A DNA stretch of 64,000 nucleotides from Patescibacteria group bacterium (GTDB lineage Bacteria > Patescibacteriota > Minisyncoccia > Phycocordibacterales > Phycocordibacteraceae): assembly GCA_019752595.1 (NCBI GenBank), contig JAIELV010000001.1, positions 489,209-553,208 on the forward strand. Reading direction: 5' to 3'. The position numbers were made by a program, and so were the translations under genes. Under the pieces are notes generated by a model, which was not told where the DNA came from, did not search any database, and saw nothing but the letters and a program-made list of their open reading frames with translations. Shown piece by piece: positions 9,269-18,165 of the stretch (positions within the stretch are counted from its first letter, which is position 1; each line of letters starts with the position of its first letter).

Positions 9269-10456
9269 TCAAGAATTACTACTCCCTACTTCACGGACAA
9301 GAGAAGACGAGACAAAGAGTACGAGACCCATAACAAGTATCATTGAGGCCACGAGGAGCGCGAACTCAGGACTGTAAAATTCCCACAGTAAACCGCCGCC
9401 GACGCCCGCAAAAATTGCACCAATACCTAATGTTGCATGCAAGAGTCCAAACGCACCACCGCGCAATTCAGGTGGAGAGAGTTCAGCCGCAAGTGCGCGC
9501 TGTACGCCGTCAGTCAACGCAGGGAAAAGTCCTAATACAAAAAACCCGAGCGCAAGTGTGAACGCGGAATCAGCGAAACCAATAATCGCGTAACTGGCGA
9601 GTAACATACCATATCCTGCAAGAATAACTTTCCGCGCACCAACGGAATCACTTGTTTTTCCTGCAATGTACGAAAAACCTGCACTCGAAATATTGTGCAC
9701 CATATAGAAGAGTGGAATTGAGGCAATGAGAAGTCCGATGTGTTCTGTTTTGAGTAGCAACACTGCTATCGGCATGGAACCCATCGCAAGAAAGAACATA
9801 GACAAAAGAAAGAGCGTAAAGCGAAGTGGTACTTTGCCTTTTGCAAACGGGAGTGAGAATGATTTTGATGAGAACACTTGCCCGACATCGCGTATAAAAA
9901 AGAGCGAAACAAGCGCAAAGAGGCCGAGAACAAACGCGGTCAAAAATACGTAATCAAATTTCAACGGAAAATAGAGAAGTATGAAATACGCTGCCAAAGG
10001 GCCAAGAATTCCGCCTAATGTATCCATTGCGCGATGAAACCCAAACGATGCCCCCATCGCCCCCTTCTCTGCAGAGATGGAAAGAATGGCATCGCGCGGT
10101 GCTTCACGAATACCTTTCCCTACCCGATCCAAAAACCGCAATCCCATCACCCCACCGACTGATGAAGCGAAAAGATACAACGGGCGAGTTATTTCAGAAA
10201 GCGTATACCCTGCAATAACAAATAATTTTCTTTTCTGGAGTTTATCTGAAAGTACACCCGAGTAGGCTTTAAAAATATTTGATGCTCCGTCCGCAATCCC
10301 CTCTACTAAACCCAACGAGCCCGCGCCAGTTTTGAGGACGCTAGTGAAAAACGCTGGAAAAATGGACAAGACCATCTCCGACGAAAAGTCGTTAAAAAAA
10401 CTCGTGAGCCCGAGGAAAAAAATATTCTTAGGAAATCCAAAGACCCTTTTTGGCAT
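9269..10456 (-). CDS. MFS transporter
   Basis: 12-TM profile with an MFS-like N-terminal region (FFLGLTSFFNDFSSEMVLSIFPAFF). Confidence 0.65.
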   Translation of the reverse strand: MPKRVFGFPKNIFFLGLTSFFNDFSSEMVLSIFPAFFTSVLKTGAGSLGLVEGIADGASNIFKAYSGVLSDKLQKRKLFVIAGYTLSEITRPLYLFASSVGGVMGLRFLDRVGKGIREAPRDAILSISAEKGAMGASFGFHRAMDTLGGILGPLAAYFILLYFPLKFDYVFLTAFVLGLFALVSLFFIRDVGQVFSSKSFSLPFAKGKVPLRFTLFLLSMFFLAMGSMPIAVLLLKTEHIGLLIASIPLFYMVHNISSAGFSYIAGKTSDSVGARKVILAGYGMLLASYAIIGFADSAFTLALGFFVLGLFPALTDGVQRALAAELSPPELRGGAFGLLHATLGIGAIFAGVGGGLLWEFYSPEFALLVASMILVMGLVLFVSSSLVREVGSSNS

Positions 10457-10462
10457 GTATGA

Positions 10463-10864
10463 CTATGAGTCAGTGGTAACACCGTCGAAATGCTCTTCGT
10501 CTTTTTCCGCGTCTGCCTTTGTCTTGTGAACCACTCCATCTTTGTGATGTGGCGGCGCATAAAGGGTGTACAACTGTAACGGCTCAGAATCGGAGAGATT
10601 GATAATGTTGTGCATTTGCCCACGCGGAACCAGCACTACCCATCCGTCGCCGAATTCATGCTCGTACTCACCCAGGACTACTTTGCCTTTCCCTTTCTCA
10701 CATCTGATGAATTGATCAACATCATGATGCACCTCAAGGCCAATATCAGCCCTGGGCGGAATCGACATAAGCACAAGCTGGCTATACTCCCCCGTGTACA
10801 ATACTCGGCGAAAATCAGAATTTTTAAGCGATGCCTCCTCTATGTTTGTCACAATACCCTTCAT
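10463..10864 (-). CDS. cupin-domain protein
   Basis: 133 aa with a cupin_2-like two-His motif region (HHDVDQF...GQMHNI). Confidence 0.55.
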   Translation of the reverse strand: MKGIVTNIEEASLKNSDFRRVLYTGEYSQLVLMSIPPRADIGLEVHHDVDQFIRCEKGKGKVVLGEYEHEFGDGWVVLVPRGQMHNIINLSDSEPLQLYTLYAPPHHKDGVVHKTKADAEKDEEHFDGVTTDS

Positions 10865-10985
10865 ATATATAAGTGTAACAGCTAAAGCAACACGTGATCG
10901 TTACAGACACGTAATGAAAGAAACTTCTGACATAGACGTCAGCACTGTATAGCCACACATATTACTTAATGATGGCTATACCACT

Positions 10986-11723
10986 ATGACAATTACACAA
11001 AAAATATCAGCATCGGTTCTTATACCAATTATGGCGCTCGCCACAATTCTAGGCGCAGCTCCCGCAATCGCTTCAGCAGACTCAAATTCAAAAAGTCGCA
11101 TTGAAGCACCATCGGTTGCAATGAGCGCCGAAGGAAAAGTGCTCGTCAAGCAAGCAAAAGTTACATCAGTCTCTGGGGCAACAATAAATGCCTCTATTAC
11201 TCTTGGTTCAGGTACTCTCTCTTGGGTCCTCAACACTGACGCGGGAACTAAGTTCTATAACCGCACAGGCTCAACTGGCGTTATTGGAGATATCGCAACA
11301 GGAGATTTAATAACTTTCGGGGGTGAGCTTCAAGGAAACGGATTTACCGTAAAAGCGCTTGCAGTGAAAGACATGACAGGGGTCGTCACGAACGCAAGTA
11401 TCGGTGGAAAAGTTGAAAGTATTAACACTAGCGCTCTTTCACTTGTTCTTGATAAATCAAGAAGCGATAACGGCAACGACAAGAAAGTGACTGTGCAGAC
11501 AAGTGCCTCAACAGCGATCTCAATGAACGGATCTGTGCTCCCCTTCGCAAGTATCCTTGCAGGAGATAAAGTAAAAGCAACAGGCACGCTTTCCGCTGAT
11601 GGACTCACACTCTCAGCCACAACACTCGTCATTACTCGCTCAAACGGCTCTGAAGATAGAAACTTCAAAGGCTTTATAAACTCCTGGTTCAAAGGAGGCA
11701 AAGAAAAGAGTAATAACGATTAA
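10986..11723 (+). CDS. secreted hypothetical protein with internal Gly/Thr/Ser-rich repeats
   Basis: Signal peptide (ISASVLIPIMALATILGAAPAIASA). Low-complexity beta-rich repeats. No catalytic motif. Confidence 0.45.
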   Translation: MTITQKISASVLIPIMALATILGAAPAIASADSNSKSRIEAPSVAMSAEGKVLVKQAKVTSVSGATINASITLGSGTLSWVLNTDAGTKFYNRTGSTGVIGDIATGDLITFGGELQGNGFTVKALAVKDMTGVVTNASIGGKVESINTSALSLVLDKSRSDNGNDKKVTVQTSASTAISMNGSVLPFASILAGDKVKATGTLSADGLTLSATTLVITRSNGSEDRNFKGFINSWFKGGKEKSNND

Positions 11724-11741
11724 CGCTAGCTTTGCTAGAAA

Positions 11742-11772
11742 AAATCCCCCATATCGGGGGATTTTTTATTTC
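11742..11772 (+). terminator. rho-independent terminator
   Basis: AAAAAATCCCCCATATCGGGGGATTTTTT: perfect GC-rich hairpin followed by a T-run, immediately after the 11723 stop. Confidence 0.6.
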
Positions 11773-11791
11773 TCTTTTTTGTCACTCGTTT

Positions 11792-12013
11792 TTATTCAGC
11801 ATACTGTGGAAGCTCCATACTTGATACAAACAGCCGTCCGTCTGGTGTTCTACACTGCGGAGGATACGTCTCCATAACGGGATTCCCTGCAGCAACACAT
11901 TCTTCAAACGTGCCGATAAGCAAGGCTCGAGCGGGTGTATACGCCTGCCACCATGCGTACGTGAGTGCCATGAGCAGAAGCCCAATAACTACGACGAAGA
12001 CGTTTTTCACCAT
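11792..12013 (-). CDS. small membrane-anchored hypothetical protein
   Basis: 73 aa with an N-terminal TM helix. Start overlaps the upstream gene's stop (operon-like). Confidence 0.3.
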   Translation of the reverse strand: MVKNVFVVVIGLLLMALTYAWWQAYTPARALLIGTFEECVAAGNPVMETYPPQCRTPDGRLFVSSMELPQYAE

Positions 12014-12396
12014 AGAAAGCCGAAGCCAAATCCTGCGAGGTACAGTCCAAAGATAATCATGACGGCGCCAGCACCGTAGTAAAACTGTTTATTGTCGAAA
12101 CGTTTAATGAGCGCATCAAGCGAACCGCCATCGATAAATAACAACATAAGGCCTTTGAGAAGTATTATCCATCCAAAGACCGTCAAGAAACCAGCAACGA
12201 ATGTTGTGAAATCGCTATACCCCACGACATAGAAGAGGCCGAGCATCGTAACCAGGAGCGCGAGCGAGAACCGTAGCATTCCTTCGGATTTGAAATGGCG
12301 TTCTGCCGCGCGGATTTCTTTTTGTTTGAGGATTATTCCCAGTCCACCAACTGCAAGGTAGAGACCTATCACTTTTGCAAGAAGTATCGTAATCAT
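12007..12396 (-). CDS. hypothetical membrane protein (4 TM)
   Basis: Hydrophobic profile only. Confidence 0.4.
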   Translation of the reverse strand: MITILLAKVIGLYLAVGGLGIILKQKEIRAAERHFKSEGMLRFSLALLVTMLGLFYVVGYSDFTTFVAGFLTVFGWIILLKGLMLLFIDGGSLDALIKRFDNKQFYYGAGAVMIIFGLYLAGFGFGFLW

Positions 12397-12405
12397 ATTG
12401 TTTTG

Positions 12406-12825
12406 TTAGACCCAGTACACTAATACAAGCGCGGAAACGGCAAGCGTCACGAGATAATATGACGTGGTCAAGAAAAACAGATTCCATGATTTTCCCTCCC
12501 AGAGCACAACGCCGACATTAACTGGCACGTAAAAGCCGAGCCAAATCCAAAATGCAGACATGAGCGCGAGCTCATATCCTGTCGTTCCCAAATATGCACC
12601 TGCAAATACTATGTGATGCGCAAGTACAAACGCAGACAAAAGCCCTACGATGAAGCCACCGAACATCGCCTGAAGAGGCGTCAACTTCATTGACTTCATA
12701 CTCTCTGGCGTGATGCCGACCATACTCATCCACTGTTTTCCGAACAGCGGTCCGTACCACAATCCGCCGATAACTAGATACAAAATACCACCCACTAACA
12801 CTGCTAGATAATTTACGTCAACCAT
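12406..12825 (-). CDS. hypothetical membrane protein (DUF1761-like)
   Basis: 139 aa with 4 predicted TM helices. Weak resemblance to the DUF1761 family. Confidence 0.35.
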   Translation of the reverse strand: MVDVNYLAVLVGGILYLVIGGLWYGPLFGKQWMSMVGITPESMKSMKLTPLQAMFGGFIVGLLSAFVLAHHIVFAGAYLGTTGYELALMSAFWIWLGFYVPVNVGVVLWEGKSWNLFFLTTSYYLVTLAVSALVLVYWV

Positions 12826-12880
12826 ATGAAAAATTAGATACTAAATACTACCTATATACAGTATACCCCCGTCGAAAAGC

Positions 12881-13807
12881 CTACTTTATTTCAAAGAGAT
12901 TTGTGAACCGCGTAACACGGAAATTTGCAGTGAGCAAAATAACCCCCAAAATAAAGGGTATAAGCGCTGATATCTGCCACACCGTGGGCACCTGCAACAA
13001 AATGAGCCATGCGAACAGAAGAGTTAAGAATGGCGACATACTTTGAAGGAGTATTGCCTTCGTTACAGGTATACGGTGTATACCCTCAATCCAAAAAAGT
13101 TTTGAAAGCCCGAAAATCAACACTCCGTTTATTAAAAGGTACGGTAAGGTCGGCAGTAGTCCGTCAACGCCTATTGATTCCTTGAGAAAAAACGCGAGAG
13201 CAAGGAGCGCAAAACCAGAAAAAAGACTCCGTAAAAACATAATCGTCTCCGAAGAGGCAATTTCTCTGCATTTCTGTGTGAACATATTCCCGAATGGAGC
13301 GAGAAATGTGGCACCAAGAATCAACAAATCACCGACAGCAAAGCCCGTAAAATTTTCACCCAACACAATGAGCGCTCCCGCAATCATGAAGAGGGCGCCC
13401 AGTGTGTGTTCGAGAGAAAAAGCTTCTTTGCGTAGAACATTAAACAATAGGTACGTCGTAAAAACTTCAAATAGTACGAGGATAGACGCATTACCAGGAG
13501 TTGTGTACTTGAGACCAAGATAATAAAGACCGTAGAACCAAATACCTATGAAGAACGCAATCAAAAGTCCGTACCTCCACACGAGAGGATTTTTCAAATC
13601 ACGCCACGTGCCTTTTACAAACATCACGCACGCGAAAAATAGCGTTGCAAAAATAGTTGTCCACGCGAGAGTCGTGACTGGCGCCAGGCTCCCAAATGAG
13701 AGAACAGCGATAATAGGAAACAACGACCACAGAAGCGCTTCAGACAAGATGAACAACTCTCCTTTTCTTTCTTCAGTCACGTTAAAATTCCTGCACTGAG
13801 CCTTCAA
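12881..13807 (-). CDS. EamA/DMT-family transporter
   Basis: 10-TM protein with two EamA-like halves. Confidence 0.55.
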   Translation of the reverse strand: MKAQCRNFNVTEERKGELFILSEALLWSLFPIIAVLSFGSLAPVTTLAWTTIFATLFFACVMFVKGTWRDLKNPLVWRYGLLIAFFIGIWFYGLYYLGLKYTTPGNASILVLFEVFTTYLLFNVLRKEAFSLEHTLGALFMIAGALIVLGENFTGFAVGDLLILGATFLAPFGNMFTQKCREIASSETIMFLRSLFSGFALLALAFFLKESIGVDGLLPTLPYLLINGVLIFGLSKLFWIEGIHRIPVTKAILLQSMSPFLTLLFAWLILLQVPTVWQISALIPFILGVILLTANFRVTRFTNLFEIK

Positions 13808-14423
13808 TCATATCTACAAAATCGATTCCCGCTTTCTCTAGAACGTTTTTCGAAACAAACCGCGTTGAGCCTAGTCGATCAGGGCGTAGCATGCCGTCGT
13901 GAACGGGAAAACATATTTTGGGATGCACCTTGAGCGCATACTCGACGGCGTCAGATATTTTTAACCACGGCGCTGCAACAGGAAGTGCGAGAACCTCTAC
14001 ATTTTCTGGGAATTGTGTGAGCGCATCACCAGGGTAGAAAAGACGATCGGCAATCATAAAGCCTGTGTTTCTAATGAGCGGGATTGAATCGTGAATACAT
14101 GCGTGGTCGACGCCATATCCTTTCACGGTAACGCCCTCTATGTCCGCCACGGCACCGTCCTCCAACACTTGAAACGCTATTCCTGCAACCGAAAGCAACT
14201 TTCCTACGCCAGCGTTCGTATAGATTCCTACACCAGGATTATTCGTAAGGATTTTTTTCAGTGAGTCGAGAAAGACGTGGTCTGGGTGTTCGTGTGTAAT
14301 TAGTATGGCGTGAAGATTTGTAACGTTTTCCTGTGTCGTCGAAAAATTGCCTGGGTCAATCAGTATGCGCGCACTACCTTCCTCGATAAGAAGACAGCTG
14401 TGCCCAAATTTTGTGATGCGCAT
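13782..14423 (-). CDS. MBL-fold metallo-hydrolase
   Basis: Metallo-beta-lactamase HxHxDH motif (ITHEHPDH). 213 aa. Confidence 0.7.
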   Translation of the reverse strand: MRITKFGHSCLLIEEGSARILIDPGNFSTTQENVTNLHAILITHEHPDHVFLDSLKKILTNNPGVGIYTNAGVGKLLSVAGIAFQVLEDGAVADIEGVTVKGYGVDHACIHDSIPLIRNTGFMIADRLFYPGDALTQFPENVEVLALPVAAPWLKISDAVEYALKVHPKICFPVHDGMLRPDRLGSTRFVSKNVLEKAGIDFVDMIEGSVQEF

Positions 14424-14497
14424 GCAGTTACTGTAGCAGAAAACAAAATGCGTTCGGAATGTGCTATACTAAGTATAGCACATTCTGTGGGTGAAGT

Positions 14498-15715
14498 TTA
14501 GCCGAAGGTGAAGGTAAAGGCTTGAAGGCCTGGCTGGGGCACGGAGAATTCCAAAAGGTGCGTTTCGCGCGTGGTCCCTTCTATTATTTTATAGAGCTGA
14601 TTCTTTTCTATTTTCACGTAGCTTTTTCCGTTTTTGTAGTACACGTCAGCGCCTTTTTTTGATTCAGGAACGGGCGCACCATCAATCAGAACTTCAATTT
14701 CGTTTGCCGTGATTGCTCCCGCGACGAAATAGACACTCTTAGCTGTGTAGCGAAACAGCACACGACTTTGTGACACTGATTCTGCATATTCTTTTTTGAT
14801 ACTCCATGTACCTGGGAGATACAGAACGTTCGCTTTCTCCGTTACTGGGGCGGGATAATTTACTGTGCTTTCAACGCGAGCTAAGCCGCTTCCGAAGTTG
14901 TTATTGCGCCATGCACCAAAATAGGTTTCAGGACTTCCTGAAGAGATATCAGCTTCGGGGATTCCAGAGGAGACGAGTGCGGCATTTACGCTTCCCTCTT
15001 CACCTAAAACCTCTGCGCGCTCTTTCAGAAGTTCCTGAATTTTCTTTTCCGTAATGTCATATGCACCTTCACCTATGTGGTCGTAGACAATGTTGCCGTG
15101 AATGTCGATAAGGTACTTTCGTGGCCAGTACCGATTTCCGTATGCGCCCCACGTACCGTAGTCGTTGTCGAGTACTACAGGATGTACGATGCCGAATTTC
15201 AGCATCGCCTCCTTCACGTTTTCAATGTTTTTTTCAAACGCAAATTCAGGCGTGTGGATACCGACGATTTCTAAGCCCTGATCTTTGTATTTCTGATACC
15301 ACGCATTCAAGTGTGGAAACGTACGCTGGCAGTTAATACAGCTGTACGTCATGAAGTCGATAAGAATCACTTTCTTCCCGACCAATTCCCCTATCGTGAT
15401 TGGTGCAGTGTTCACAAATCCTGAAGGATTAGTGATTTCGTTGTACGGCGTGCCTGTTGGTTTTGGTTTTGTTGCGATTTCAGGTGACGTAGTGGCATTC
15501 ACCAGCTCACCCTCATTCGTTTCTGCAATGGGAGCAGGAGAAGAAAACAAAACACCGAGGCCTGCCCCGACCAGAACAAACGTAATTGCTGCAATAATCA
15601 GTATCGGCTTCACGCTCGCCTGCTGGCTCGGTACTTCCTCACTCTCGTTCGGTCGCACATGCGTCTGCTGACTTAGTACTTCCTCACTCTCGTTCGGTCG
15701 CATATTCATAATCAT
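14498..15715 (-). CDS. membrane-anchored TlpA/ResA-like thiol-disulfide oxidoreductase with a C-terminal extra domain and a duplicated N-terminal RPNESEEV segment
   Basis: Thioredoxin-fold region with a CxxC motif (YSCINCQ) and a redoxin-like core (GIHTPEFAFEK...YWPRKYLID). A TM helix follows the repeated N-terminus. The N-terminus is encoded by a 27-bp exact direct repeat at 15640-15702. Confidence 0.6.
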   Translation of the reverse strand: MIMNMRPNESEEVLSQQTHVRPNESEEVPSQQASVKPILIIAAITFVLVGAGLGVLFSSPAPIAETNEGELVNATTSPEIATKPKPTGTPYNEITNPSGFVNTAPITIGELVGKKVILIDFMTYSCINCQRTFPHLNAWYQKYKDQGLEIVGIHTPEFAFEKNIENVKEAMLKFGIVHPVVLDNDYGTWGAYGNRYWPRKYLIDIHGNIVYDHIGEGAYDITEKKIQELLKERAEVLGEEGSVNAALVSSGIPEADISSGSPETYFGAWRNNNFGSGLARVESTVNYPAPVTEKANVLYLPGTWSIKKEYAESVSQSRVLFRYTAKSVYFVAGAITANEIEVLIDGAPVPESKKGADVYYKNGKSYVKIEKNQLYKIIEGTTRETHLLEFSVPQPGLQAFTFTFG

Positions 15716-16437
15716 TGAATTTTTTCTAAAAGAATCTGTTCAAACTTTGTCACGTCAATAAATCCTAGATTGAGAATCAGTACCTGTAACTGCTTGTCGA
15801 AACCTGTGGCAATCATGACAGCGAGAAAAATAAAAAGAACGCCGAGGGTTCTTTTAAACCACCCCCTGGGATCGGCCAATCCTGAGAGACGAGTAGCAAG
15901 TCTTTCACCAAGAAGCGCCAACATAAGAAGGACAAGCGAAAGCCCTAGTGTGTAACTCAAAATATAGAGCGAGCCGAGGGCGAGCGACACTGGCAAGACG
16001 GACGCAAGTATGACGAAATACGTCGGAGAACAGGTGGAGAACACTGGTCCGAGTGCCGCACCTATTAACACATCGCCCCAGAAACTTTGTTTTTTCATTC
16101 CCGCCCCGACGAGTTTGTTTGAACTGACCGAGAGTTTGGAAAGACCAGGAATGTTTTCCCAGAGTGACGGGAACAGAAGTGTGAGACCGAACAGCGCAAG
16201 GATACTCGCTGAAAGGTACATCCAAAACTCAGGCGGAACCATAATGAACGCAGTCGATACTTTCAGGAGGTAGGTAAAGAGGATAACAGAAACTGCCAAA
16301 GACCCCACAACGACGTACGGAGTCAAACGGCTTCTGCCTGCAGCAGATGAGCCGATAATCACTGGCAATACTGGCAAGATGCACGGCGCTAAAACCGTGA
16401 GAACGCCCGCTATGAATGAAACAATGAGGAACGTCAT
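15712..16437 (-). CDS. ccdA: cytochrome c-type biogenesis protein CcdA / DsbD transmembrane-domain homologue
   Basis: 6-TM protein with conserved Cys residues in TM1 (VLAPCILPV) and TM4 (FSTCSPT), typical of the CcdA/DsbD-beta family. Start overlaps the upstream gene (operon). Confidence 0.7.
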   Translation of the reverse strand: MTFLIVSFIAGVLTVLAPCILPVLPVIIGSSAAGRSRLTPYVVVGSLAVSVILFTYLLKVSTAFIMVPPEFWMYLSASILALFGLTLLFPSLWENIPGLSKLSVSSNKLVGAGMKKQSFWGDVLIGAALGPVFSTCSPTYFVILASVLPVSLALGSLYILSYTLGLSLVLLMLALLGERLATRLSGLADPRGWFKRTLGVLFIFLAVMIATGFDKQLQVLILNLGFIDVTKFEQILLEKIQ

Positions 16438-16439
16438 TC

Positions 16440-16985
16440 TTATTTTATATTCGAGACGAGCGAAGCCAACGTGGGCGATTTAGTCCATTTCGCAATTTGA
16501 TTGCCGTTTGCATCAACCTGCACGAAGGTGTGTTGGTATGTCACACCATACTTCTGCTTCAGTGCCGTTGAGTCGTCATAATTCACATCGAGAATGGTGA
16601 CGTTTGCGGGGATAGCACCAAGGTTTGCACGTATATCTGCATCAAGCGCTCGGCATGTGGGGCACCACGCTGCGCGGAAAAAAAGCACCACATCACCGTT
16701 CTGTGCTTTTGCTAGCTTCTCAGGAGCATATGCTTCGTATGAACCTGCACTCATCATTGCGCCCTCGTCCGTTTTCTCCATCATCGCCTCTCCATCTTTC
16801 TGCATCATCACCTCACCATCCTTCTCCATCATCGCATCACCGTCTTTCTGCATCATTGCATCATCGGTTTTTTCCATCATCGCATCACCCTGCATATTCT
16901 GCGACGTGTCTTTCGGCATTAGAAAAAACAACGCTCCGCCTCCGAGGACGATAACTAGAGCGACTAGGATAAATGTTTTATTCAT
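16440..16985 (-). CDS. membrane-anchored thioredoxin-family protein with Met-rich DAMMEKDG tandem repeats
   Basis: Trx motif WCPTC. An N-terminal TM anchor is followed by 5-6 repeats of (D/E)(A/V)MM(E/Q)K(T)DG. Those repeats are encoded by 30-nt tandem DNA repeats at ~16754-16895. Confidence 0.65.
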   Translation of the reverse strand: MNKTFILVALVIVLGGGALFFLMPKDTSQNMQGDAMMEKTDDAMMQKDGDAMMEKDGEVMMQKDGEAMMEKTDEGAMMSAGSYEAYAPEKLAKAQNGDVVLFFRAAWCPTCRALDADIRANLGAIPANVTILDVNYDDSTALKQKYGVTYQHTFVQVDANGNQIAKWTKSPTLASLVSNIK

Positions 16986-17087
16986 ATAGATTCTGTTGGT
17001 TTATTTCTTAACAAACCTAGTGTATCGAGTTTGCGTACTGATGTAAAGTCAACTTTACATTGCAAAGTGGATATCTTCTCGAAAAAA

Positions 17088-17474
17088 CTATCCGTGAGAA
17101 TCGTAAAACAGACGGGCGCCGAGCTTTGTAACCACCATGGCACCAAGCGCGCCCGCTATCCACGGGTCGATTTCATGACCAAAACCTTGCACTAAAAGAC
17201 CGGCCGTGAGCACTGCAATGCCTGCAAGGTACGCCACTCGCCCCGCATTCATGCGGTGTAATGCTTCGCGTTCGTCTTCTGCTGATTCATACATGACAAA
17301 ACCTGCCCACACGAGAAGGAGTGCGGCGGCCGACACCAGTGCAATGGTGGCAGCCATTGGTGGCATCCAATACATGAACGGATCGGTCAGTACAAAAAGA
17401 AGTGCGACCACAAGAACCGCAACGGAGATATGCAAAATATTATTTTTCATACGAAACTTTAAAAATTTCTTCAA
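17088..17474 (-). CDS. hypothetical membrane protein (3-4 TM)
   Basis: Hydrophobic profile only. Overlaps the XRE regulator stop (operon). Confidence 0.4.
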   Translation of the reverse strand: MKKFLKFRMKNNILHISVAVLVVALLFVLTDPFMYWMPPMAATIALVSAAALLLVWAGFVMYESAEDEREALHRMNAGRVAYLAGIAVLTAGLLVQGFGHEIDPWIAGALGAMVVTKLGARLFYDSHG

Positions 17475-17652
17475 CGGGAGTTTTAAACACCTTACCTATC
17501 TTAATAGCTAAAAGCACTGACGGAGTGTAGTTCCCCTTCTCTATCGCAATAATCGTCTGCCGACTCACATTCACCTTTTCAGCTAGTTCTTCCTGCGTCA
17601 GACCAGCTTTCGTACGCAAATGGTAGACGCAGTTTGATACGCATTCATCCAT
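17440..17652 (-). CDS. XRE-family (Cro/CI-type) HTH transcriptional regulator
   Basis: 70 aa containing LTQEELAEKVNVSRQTIIAIEKG, a canonical XRE helix-turn-helix. Confidence 0.8.
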   Translation of the reverse strand: MDECVSNCVYHLRTKAGLTQEELAEKVNVSRQTIIAIEKGNYTPSVLLAIKIGKVFKTPVEEIFKVSYEK

Positions 17653-17658
17653 ACAAAA

Positions 17659-17826
17659 CTATCTCCCGCACACGCACGCACACTCAGGGTCTTTATCTTT
17701 CTCCGAATGTCCACACTTTGGACACGAAGCGGTCCATTCCCCTACTTCAGTGCATTCGCAATCGCACTTTCCACTTTGCTTTTCATGTTTATGTTCGCAC
17801 ACCGCGCATTCAGTATCTTGATACAT
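17659..17826 (-). CDS. Cys-rich microprotein (55 aa, 10 Cys), putative metal-binding
   Basis: Not in the ORF track because it is under 60 aa. Manual translation: MYQDTECAVCEHKHEKQSGKCDCECTEVGEWTASCPKCGHSEKDKDPECACVCGR*. It lies 7 bp upstream of the XRE regulator on the same strand. A second Cys-rich microprotein is at 61321-61479. Confidence 0.4.
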   Translation of the reverse strand: MYQDTECAVCEHKHEKQSGKCDCECTEVGEWTASCPKCGHSEKDKDPECACVCGR

Positions 17827-18030
17827 AATTATTTATTAGTTAAGTTAACTTTACATATAGTACACCCACACGAAAACTGAGCAAGAACATATCCCCTTTC
17901 GGACCACGATTCGGCACAATCGGTTGAAAAAGGGCGGTTTTTCAGCTATTCTTCGGCAGATTGCGGGTTCGTCTGATGGAAAGCAAAACTTCCTTTTAGC
18001 GCTCGCTCGGAAATGACTGCGCACTTTTAC

Positions 18031-18101
18031 ATCGTTCATACTTACAGCTGCGGGATCGTCTAATGGTAGGACACCTCCCTCTGGAGGAGGCTATCTTGGT
18101 T
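18031..18101 (+). tRNA. tRNA-Gln (anticodon CUG)
   Basis: Manual fold: acceptor TGCGGGA/TCCCGCA, D-stem GTCT/GGAC, anticodon stem CCTCC/GGAGG with loop CTCTGGA (U33, anticodon CTG), T-arm CTTGG-TTCGAGT-CCAGG, discriminator G. CCA is not encoded. Confidence 0.7.
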
Positions 18102-18165
18102 CGAGTCCAGGTCCCGCAGCTGTGAGCGTGAGCAGTGCGCATCATTCCTCTCGCTTGCTAAAAAG

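Noticed and set aside
16754-16895. Possible CRISPR/minisatellite from ~30-nt periodicity
   Set aside because: These are in-frame coding repeats for the DAMMEKDG units of the thioredoxin-family protein.
17851-18039. 62-aa minus-strand ORF between the Cys-rich gene and tRNA-Gln
   Set aside because: No motif, unusual composition, and it lies in a promoter/leader region containing small hairpins. More likely non-coding.
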